Part shown: positions 59,201 through 64,000 of the stretch, piece after piece
Numbering within the stretch: the stretch's first letter is position 1
Layout: every line of letters starts with the position of its first letter
Source: Kiritimatiellia bacterium
GTDB lineage: Bacteria > Verrucomicrobiota > Kiritimatiellia > RFP12 > UBA1067
DNA length: 64,000 nucleotides
Assembly: GCA_050949565.1 (NCBI GenBank)
Contig: JBMNFY010000020.1
Coordinates: 1 to 64,000, forward strand
Reading direction: 5' to 3'
Translations under genes and position numbers: made by a program
The notes under the pieces: generated by a model
The model's input: only the letters and a program-made list of their open reading frames with translations
Told to the model about the DNA's origin: nothing
Database searches by the model: none

Positions 59201-59562
59201 AGTTGCCGCCCGAGTTCGCCACCAAGAACGTGATGGTGGAAGCGCTGGCGGGCGGCGTGCGCAAGACGCAGGCCTATTACGCCAACACGCTCAGGGTGCA
59301 GATGATCGAGAGCTACGGACAACTGGTGGTCACGCAGGCCGAGACCGGCAAGCCGGTGCCGGGCGCGTATGTCAAAGTGTACGCCCGCGTAAGCGGCGGT
59401 GCGGTTAATTTCATTAAGGACGGCTACACCGATCTGCGCGGCCGCTTTGACTACGTATCGCTCAACACCGATGAGGCCAACCAAGCCGAGCGTCTGGCGG
59501 TGCTGGTCATGAGCGATGCCTTTGGTGCGGTCGTTCGCGAAACCCAACCGCCGAAACGGTGA
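53236..59562 (+). CDS. Very large (about 2100 aa) secreted hypothetical protein, possibly with macroglobulin-like beta domains
   Basis: SD AGGAGG, signal peptide 'MKRIRVAVWVSAVLGTAAIAQ', 'TDKNGRVRL', C-terminal 'YVKVY...KDGYTDLRGRFDY'; uninterrupted ORF. Confidence 0.8.
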   Translation: MKRIRVAVWVSAVLGTAAIAQEIGYVERFSLAQDREAALQELVPGTDDDYFYRALHAQNSGERDRFKEIMARWQRDRDGELVRPARELRDRQALLDYEREPQATLDYLRRELGLNFAHARRTEKRVSRAPSHFDNAALAPDALREHALRDPRSLEDLSDEGLAFVAAAKLTDDQRRSLLARLRRPDLPNLVDLVAADLAARGSRGFGHHPVHAQMTLSQLDDLLRRMPRLRNEQAFALAYLAALVPADEVDLDTDAAARQAYFERLWAYASTLEPAHNSLKVNVLYNRLRHDLTQGVFDRARFLEYLKLPRQVSTLRPEFLERVPHANQIARLDQDFKLIALPPVPQEEPLVRRFLLEFFKQDKDYRAFETYLRDDVLKPLFAEAKIVNGIGEPQQWVPLLTPAAYARLKERVDIDFAETNPLEFSTDAPVRLTAALKNVPTLLVKIYEINTFNYYRETGRPLNLAINLDGLVASVSRRIEYAEPAERRHTQTFEFPEIQKRGVYVVELIGNGKSSRALVQKGRLDVLQEVTAAGHAFTVFDEIGKRVTDASGWLGGRAFAAAKDGRIIVPFSTAPGTEHLIVRHGDFATRVAFDHLAERYELSAGIYVEREALIRRERAQIAVRPNLRLNGQPVSVKLLKEVRLTVQAIDLQGLVTTKEFPALTLREDAETVQEILVPEQTVALDVTLHAEIQNISVNQKQKLSHTAHFALNEMERTPLTRALYFGRDVDGHYADLRGKNGEPLAGEPIHLQLRHRYFQSDTISAHLKTDKNGRVRLGALDGVRSLSITSSDGVSGSWQPLHDVCTLPEALHGRAGDTLRVALPPGADPAATLLETRRGRFVKEWNAALAVKDGFLELRGLPAGDYSLWLAEPAREIAVRMTQGESRDGFVVGSRRALELPRLKPLAVTAVTPGKQTIEIRLANVTPFVRVHVVATRYQPAYDLFARLGATAAARPLCQPWQSARAFYESGRDIGDEYRYILDRQQARTFPGNMLERPGLLLNPWALRTTDSDKERLKAGGAYAGRAAREAKADGRGAAVPAERGGAGTTEGFASLDFLRQPAVTLLNLVPDKSGTLSIPREALKGLPCLRVLAVDPTATVLACAYLEDTPVETRDLRLADGLEPAKPFAEQKLITPLQAGETVAVADLAAARFKVFGTVADLYRLLATLNPDPTFAEFDFVAKWDKLDEAEQRRLYSKYACHELHLFLYHKDPRFYEAVVAPALANKKDKTFIDHWLLGDDLSGFLEPWRFGRLNAAERALLGKRLRAKALSLARDARERADLTPPDMEAFNRRFDTAIQAGALEDEATATEILARENAQDPFDTAPSKPKSAGAPQALRAARQEAAPAPSAAFDQVMTVKSPVILKNMYASARDTGTRQAKKRDESVSGLEDKDDIPVFLEELSAERDQGRRFFQKLDKTQEWAENNYWHQPIERQIATLVADNGFWADYAMHDGRTPFLSKALLETTSSFTEMMLALAVLQVPFEAGAHTEQVEGASYTLKAASPLLLFHREIRESARAKEADSVLVAQRFFRADDRARFENEKKFDKWVTDEFLPQVVYGTHVVLTNPTGEPQALNALLQIPVGSIPVNAGFTSKGVYLVLEPYATQTLEYFFTFPATGRFAHYPVTLAKEGRVIGAAEPFTFNVVERLSRADTESWAWLSQNGTAEQVYAFLDKANIHRLDLNEIAWRMKDKAFFKTVISLLEARHIYHDTLWSYGILHNEPTVIRPFLQHSSFATRCGLWLESPLLSLNPVERFVYQHLEYAPLVNPRAHQVGAQRTILNPAFLRQYQHFMTVLRYKPRLSAADTLAVAYYMALQDRVAEALETFGRVKRDEITEKLQYDYLAAYLAFYTGDLERARALAKAHANEGVARWRDRFAQVLAQLDEIAGSGSGATPVNAESRDQAQGALAATEPTLELLVEAGRIQLDTRNVAEVTLNFYPMDIELLFSRNPFLQEGAAQFAFIRPVASRTVAVAAGQKRTTAELPPEFATKNVMVEALAGGVRKTQAYYANTLRVQMIESYGQLVVTQAETGKPVPGAYVKVYARVSGGAVNFIKDGYTDLRGRFDYVSLNTDEANQAERLAVLVMSDAFGAVVRETQPPKR

Positions 59563-59585
59563 GCGAAAAGTGCATCGATTTGTCT

Positions 59586-59710
59586 CTCACAGAGGCACAG
59601 AGAGCACAGAGTTTTTTGGAGCAGTGCTGGCCGCAAGTCGCAAGTCGCTGGCCGCAAGTCAACCTCTCTTATTGCGACCACCCAGTGGTCGCAATGATGA
59701 GTGTAAAAGC
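59586..59710 (+). repeat. Nonamer motif, GCAAGTC heptamers and element A
   Basis: ctcacagaggcacagagagcacagag; tggccgcaagtcgcaagtcgc; ttattgcgaccacccagtggtcgcaatgatgagtgtaaaa at 59669. Confidence 0.85.
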
Positions 59711-59831
59711 GCTGCTCTGTTGTTTCACGCGAATATGCTAAGTTGTCCTCAGGACATCTGAATTGTTCGTTCTAGGTGAGATGGTGAATTGTTCTGAATG
59801 GAGGCCAACAGTGAAATCAAATAACTGGAAC

Positions 59832-60836
59832 ATGCAGAAAGCTGTTGTGCTGTGGAGTCTGTTGGTTTTGTTCTCACTCGGGTTGCAGGGCGAGGAACCC
59901 GAGCAAGCAAACGTGCGTTTTGTTCCGGGGAACAGGAAAGCATATATTGCTCAGTCGTATTTTAGATGCAGAGGTGAAATTCATAGCGGACGTCCTTTGT
60001 TCGCGGCGCAAAAAATTGAAGAACTAAAACGGGAGGGATTTAGCGAAAAAATCATCGGTCAACTGGAAGCTGAATATCTTAAAGAATATGATCCGGTTGC
60101 TTGGTTCCAGAAAAAACCTGAAGATGAGGCTGCTTTTTATAGGGCGTTCACGTATTCGCTTTTTGAGGATAGAGATTATCACACGGCAAGAGCGGTGATT
60201 TCCAAAATGCCGAAAAGTTATAAGGAACAATATCCGTTGGTCACAACAAACGTGCTGTTGGAAGGTGTGGATGCTAATGAAAGAAATACGCCGGGATTTG
60301 TGGTGATTTCCAATAGCTCGGTCAGGATTTTTCGACACTTCCCGAACATCGTTAACACACTGACGAACTGTACGGCAAGTCATTACGTCAAATGGGAAGA
60401 GTATGTAACGGCCACCTATGAGAACAGGCTCCATTTGTTTAATATGACATCCCGAAACCCCTTGGCTTCAATCGATCAACTTTTTGATGCCGACGTTCTT
60501 TGGTCGCCAACAGGGCGCTATCTTGCCGTGCGGGGGTACCGTCTAATCAATGATCCGCCATCTGATACGGTGTCTCCAGCAATGACAGAAAACAGCAGAC
60601 TCAAAAGTTACTTATGGGTCGTCGATACGCAGCAGCCTGAGAAGCTTTATGCCATAGATCAATTTTATGATTTTGCCGTGTCAATGGAAAATCAAGGCAT
60701 GAAAATGCGGTATGACCTACGCAAGTGGATTGATTGCGATAGTTTGAAGTGCGGTGTCGGGTGGAATGATGAGGGCAAAACGATAATAATTCGTTTTGAT
60801 GCAATGACTGGGAAGCCAACGGTTGTGCCCGAATAG
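59832..60836 (+). CDS. Hypothetical secreted protein (lower GC), possible beta-propeller segment
   Basis: Signal-like 'MQKAVVLWSLLVLFSLGLQG', 'LWSPTGRYLAV'; start uncertain. Confidence 0.6.
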   Translation: MQKAVVLWSLLVLFSLGLQGEEPEQANVRFVPGNRKAYIAQSYFRCRGEIHSGRPLFAAQKIEELKREGFSEKIIGQLEAEYLKEYDPVAWFQKKPEDEAAFYRAFTYSLFEDRDYHTARAVISKMPKSYKEQYPLVTTNVLLEGVDANERNTPGFVVISNSSVRIFRHFPNIVNTLTNCTASHYVKWEEYVTATYENRLHLFNMTSRNPLASIDQLFDADVLWSPTGRYLAVRGYRLINDPPSDTVSPAMTENSRLKSYLWVVDTQQPEKLYAIDQFYDFAVSMENQGMKMRYDLRKWIDCDSLKCGVGWNDEGKTIIIRFDAMTGKPTVVPE

Positions 60837-60921
60837 GGCTAACCGATTACGCGGTGCGTTCCTAAAACCAGTTGCTGGACCGTTTCCGCAGTAGTATTAT
60901 TTTTTCAGAGGTAGGAGGAGT

Positions 60922-62841
60922 ATGATGAAAACGAGAGACTTGGTCATTGGATTGTGCGTGTTTTGCGTTGTTGCGGGTGCGTTTGCCGAGCGGACGGGGC
61001 CGTGGCCAAAGGAGAAGGCGTGGGCGTGGTACAACGCCCAGCCATGGATGCGCGGTTGCAACTACATGCCCGCGAGTGCGGCGAACCGCGTGGACCAGTG
61101 GCAGGAGTTGGGCAGCGAAGAACGGTTCAAGGAGGTGGATCGCGAACTGGCGCTGGCGGCGTCGATCGGCTTCAACACGTTGCGCATCTTGGTCGAAGAG
61201 CAAGGCTTTGGCGTGTGGTATCACGATCATGACGGTTTCATGGCGCGGTTCGAGCGCATGCTCTCGATCATGGAGCGACATGGAATCCGCGCCATCGTCG
61301 TGCTCGGCAATGATTGCTCGCGTCCGAAGGAGTTGTGGAAACTGCCGGCTCCGGGGCCGCAGCCCTGCGACTGGGGTTACCACGGGGGACGGAAGCTCTC
61401 GCAGCACGGATCGTTTCCGGGGGCGATCGGTTACACGTCGCTTGATGATCCTGAGCTTAACCCGAAGTTCTTCCAGATGTGCGAGGAGTTGTTGACGAAG
61501 TATCGCGATGACGACCGCATCGCCTTTTGGAACCTCTGGAACGAGCCGGGCAACAACGGACGCGGAAAGATCACCGCGCCGCACCTGCGGAAGCTCTTTG
61601 AACTGGGGTGGCGGATTGATCCGAAGCAGCCGCTCGCGGCGGATCTTTGGGGTGGTGCCTACGGCGCTGCCGATGACAAGAACGAGGCGCAGAAAGTTGC
61701 GGGCGCGTGTTCGGACATCGTCAGCTACCACTCGTATCGTCCGTTCGCAAGCCAGATCGAACTCGTGAAACGGCTCAAGACGCTTTACGGGCGTCCGATG
61801 GTCAACACGGAGTGGCTGGCGCGCATCCTCGGTTGCGAGGTGTTTGACTGTTATCCGTTCTTTGCTCAGAACCGCATTGGCTGCATGTGCTGGGGGTTTG
61901 TGGCGGGGAAGTATCAGACCTATGAGCCGTGGGAGGGGATGTGGCGAGAGGTCGAGCGGGGCGGCGGTCAACACTATGACCTGTCGAAGTGGTTCCATGA
62001 TCTGTTCCGGCCTTCGTTGCGTCCGTATGATCCGAAGGAAATCGACGTGATCAAAAACGTCAATGCGCAGATGGATGCGGAGCGCGCGGGAGGATCCATC
62101 CGTGCCAAGATCGCGAAGACGCGCAAGATCGTTGCGGAGGATATGTGGCAGGGTTTCCGCCGGACAAAGTTTGACTTCAACGGCCGTACGGCCTGGGTGG
62201 TGGAACCTTCGCGCGCACCGCGGGCGGGGGTGCCTTGGACATGGACGATGCAGTGGGCCGAGGCGTTTGTGGACCGTACGGGCGTGCCTGATCTTCTGCG
62301 TCAGGGCTTCCATCATGTGACGCTCGAAGCCTTTGACCTACGTGCGAATGACGAGGGGGTCGCGCAGTTTGCCGAGTTTCAAAAATTCCTTGTGAATGAG
62401 CTTGGCTTCGCGCCGAAGGCAGATTTGGTAGGCATGAGCTGGGGCGGCTTTTTCTCCGTGCGTTACGCGGCGGCGCATCCGGCCAACGTGGCGAAAATCT
62501 ATCTGGATGCGCCGTTGCTGAACTTCGACGGATTTGGCAGCGATCCGAATCGCATCGGGCCTTGGGGCGCGGTCGCGCCTGCGGACGGCAACTGGGGTGC
62601 GGTGCCGGGCATGCCGGTGAATCAGGCGGAGGCGATCGCGAAGGCCGGTATCCCGGTGCTGCTCTTGTACGGCGGTCAGGATCAGACCGTTCTGCCGGCG
62701 AAAAACTGCGAGTTGTTCGCCGCCCGCTTCAAGGAGGCCGGCGGCAAGATCGAGGTGAATCAGCGCGGTCTGTTCGGGCACCACCCGCACGGCGTGGACC
62801 CGGACAAGACGGGGCTGATCACGAAATTTTTCATGCGGTGA
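60922..62841 (+). CDS. Clan GH-A (GH5-like) glycoside hydrolase fused to a C-terminal alpha/beta hydrolase
   Basis: Signal peptide, 'GCNYMPASA', 'GFNTLRI', 'WNLWNEP' acid/base, 'SYHSY', 'NTEWLAR' nucleophile; 'GMSWGG', 'GGQDQTV', 'GHHPHG'. Confidence 0.85.
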   Translation: MMKTRDLVIGLCVFCVVAGAFAERTGPWPKEKAWAWYNAQPWMRGCNYMPASAANRVDQWQELGSEERFKEVDRELALAASIGFNTLRILVEEQGFGVWYHDHDGFMARFERMLSIMERHGIRAIVVLGNDCSRPKELWKLPAPGPQPCDWGYHGGRKLSQHGSFPGAIGYTSLDDPELNPKFFQMCEELLTKYRDDDRIAFWNLWNEPGNNGRGKITAPHLRKLFELGWRIDPKQPLAADLWGGAYGAADDKNEAQKVAGACSDIVSYHSYRPFASQIELVKRLKTLYGRPMVNTEWLARILGCEVFDCYPFFAQNRIGCMCWGFVAGKYQTYEPWEGMWREVERGGGQHYDLSKWFHDLFRPSLRPYDPKEIDVIKNVNAQMDAERAGGSIRAKIAKTRKIVAEDMWQGFRRTKFDFNGRTAWVVEPSRAPRAGVPWTWTMQWAEAFVDRTGVPDLLRQGFHHVTLEAFDLRANDEGVAQFAEFQKFLVNELGFAPKADLVGMSWGGFFSVRYAAAHPANVAKIYLDAPLLNFDGFGSDPNRIGPWGAVAPADGNWGAVPGMPVNQAEAIAKAGIPVLLLYGGQDQTVLPAKNCELFAARFKEAGGKIEVNQRGLFGHHPHGVDPDKTGLITKFFMR

Positions 62842-62982
62842 TGCCGCAACGGTTTATGATGAAGGCAAAGCGATAACAATTCGTTTTGACGCAATGACTG
62901 GGAAGCCAATGGTTGTGTCCGAGTAGGGCGAAACTTCATTCGTTATTCACTCTCTCTTTCGGATCGTGTATGCTTTGTTCCA

Positions 62983-63650
62983 TGTTACGCGGTGGGGAGA
63001 GGCGAGATGCTACGACAAGCGGTTGCGGGCCGTTGTTCAGGCATGTAGGCTGGATAGGGCGGTTGGCCGTCGGCGCGTTGCTGCTGGTCGGGGTCGTTGG
63101 GTGCGGCGACGGACCGCGATTGCGTCCGGTGACACCGGAGTCGGTGGTGCTGGCCTTTGGCGACAGCTTGACCTCAGGAGAAGGCGCCGATGAGGAGCAG
63201 AGCTATCCAGCGGTGTTGGCGCATCTTTTGGGTTGCGAGGTCGTGAACGGCGGTGTGGCCGGCGAGATCACACAGCAGGGCGTCGCCCGTTTGCCGGAGA
63301 TGTTGCTGGACCATCGACCACAGATGGTTATCATCTGTTTCGGCGGTAACGATATGTTGCGTAAACTGGACGATGAGGTGATCACGCGGAACCTGCGCGA
63401 AATGATCCGTGCAGCGCATCAGGCGAAAGCCGACGTGATCCTGATCGGCGTTCCGCGCCCCGGATTGTTGCTGCGCGCGCCCTCCTTTTATCAGGAGGTT
63501 GCGGAGGAGTTCGGCTTGGTTTACGAGGACAAGATCGTGGCCAAGATCCTCTCGAGGCCGACGCTGAAAAGTGATTTGATCCATCCGAACGCCAAGGGTT
63601 ACCGGAGACTTGCTGAGCGTCTGGCCGATGTGATCCGAAAAAATTCTTGA
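62983..63650 (+). CDS. GDSL/SGNH arylesterase (TesA-like), probable lipoprotein
   Basis: 'AFGDSLT', 'NGGVAG', 'GGND', 'DLIHPNAKGY', lipobox-like 'VVGC'; start uncertain. Confidence 0.88.
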
Positions 63651-63678
63651 AGTAGAAAAAAACAGAGTGGAGGAGATT

Positions 63679-64000
63679 ATGATGAAAAAAACTGTGTTTC
63701 TTTGGGGCGTGTTGGGCCTGGTGTCGGCATCGGTTTGGGGGCAGACGTCATGGACTTTTGAGAAGCCGCATGTGTGGGCGCGCGATAAGGATGCGATCAC
63801 ACTGGAGAAACAGGGGGATCACTTTATCGTGCGCCATACTGGACAGCGCGATTGGTGCATGGGGGGCTTTCAGCGCATTGCTGTTGAACCCGGCGAGATC
63901 TTCGAATTGCGCTGTCGGGTCAAGGCGGTTTCCGAGGTGGGAGCGGTTGCGGTGTCGACCGGCGTGGTTCTGCGTGACGGCGCGGGCCAGGAAATCAAGT
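63679..64000 (+). CDS. Secreted protein, N-terminal part (runs off the window)
   Basis: SD GGAGGAG, 'MMKKTVFLWGVLGLVSASVWGQ' signal peptide, frame open to the window end. Confidence 0.7.
   Translation, partial: MMKKTVFLWGVLGLVSASVWGQTSWTFEKPHVWARDKDAITLEKQGDHFIVRHTGQRDWCMGGFQRIAVEPGEIFELRCRVKAVSEVGAVAVSTGVVLRDGAGQEIK

Noticed and set aside
60862-62316. Long antisense ORFs (also 43675-44862, 48294-49481, 23491-24618, 54664-55644, 56242-57252)
   Set aside because: Shadows of GC-rich sense genes that have clear motifs; no recognisable domains

Overview
High-GC bacterial window, probably PVC superphylum (Kiritimatiellae-like; inferred from the secreted-protein C-terminal motif and repeat types, not tested). 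1-36.7 kb is one + strand surface-polysaccharide locus. It holds a 2-deoxy-aminosugar pathway with GtrB and a GtrA-GT87 fusion, wzx, wzy, many GT2/GT4 glycosyltransferases, modifying enzymes and a pglC/pglD/pglE-like set. The locus is heavily colonised by several families of short repeats and hairpins. These include (i) a palindromic REP-like element flanking a RAYT-type HUH transposase and inserted in frame in many genes or supplying their ends, (ii) GAACGCA heptamer/hairpin arrays translated inside enzymes, up to about 1.4 kb, and (iii) two four-helix-bundle (23S rRNA IVS/Avd-like) genes plus one internally deleted copy, each bracketed by complementary micro-repeat arrays. This repeat/four-helix-bundle/RAYT ensemble is the best candidate for an undescribed system. 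37-64 kb encodes large secreted carbohydrate-active or unknown proteins, a frameshifted FN3-type gene, a 4.6 kb tandem duplication (queA, DRTGG/CBS-HATPase module, CE7 esterase) and a telomere-like G-rich array. All calls come from motif recognition by eye; no database searches were run.
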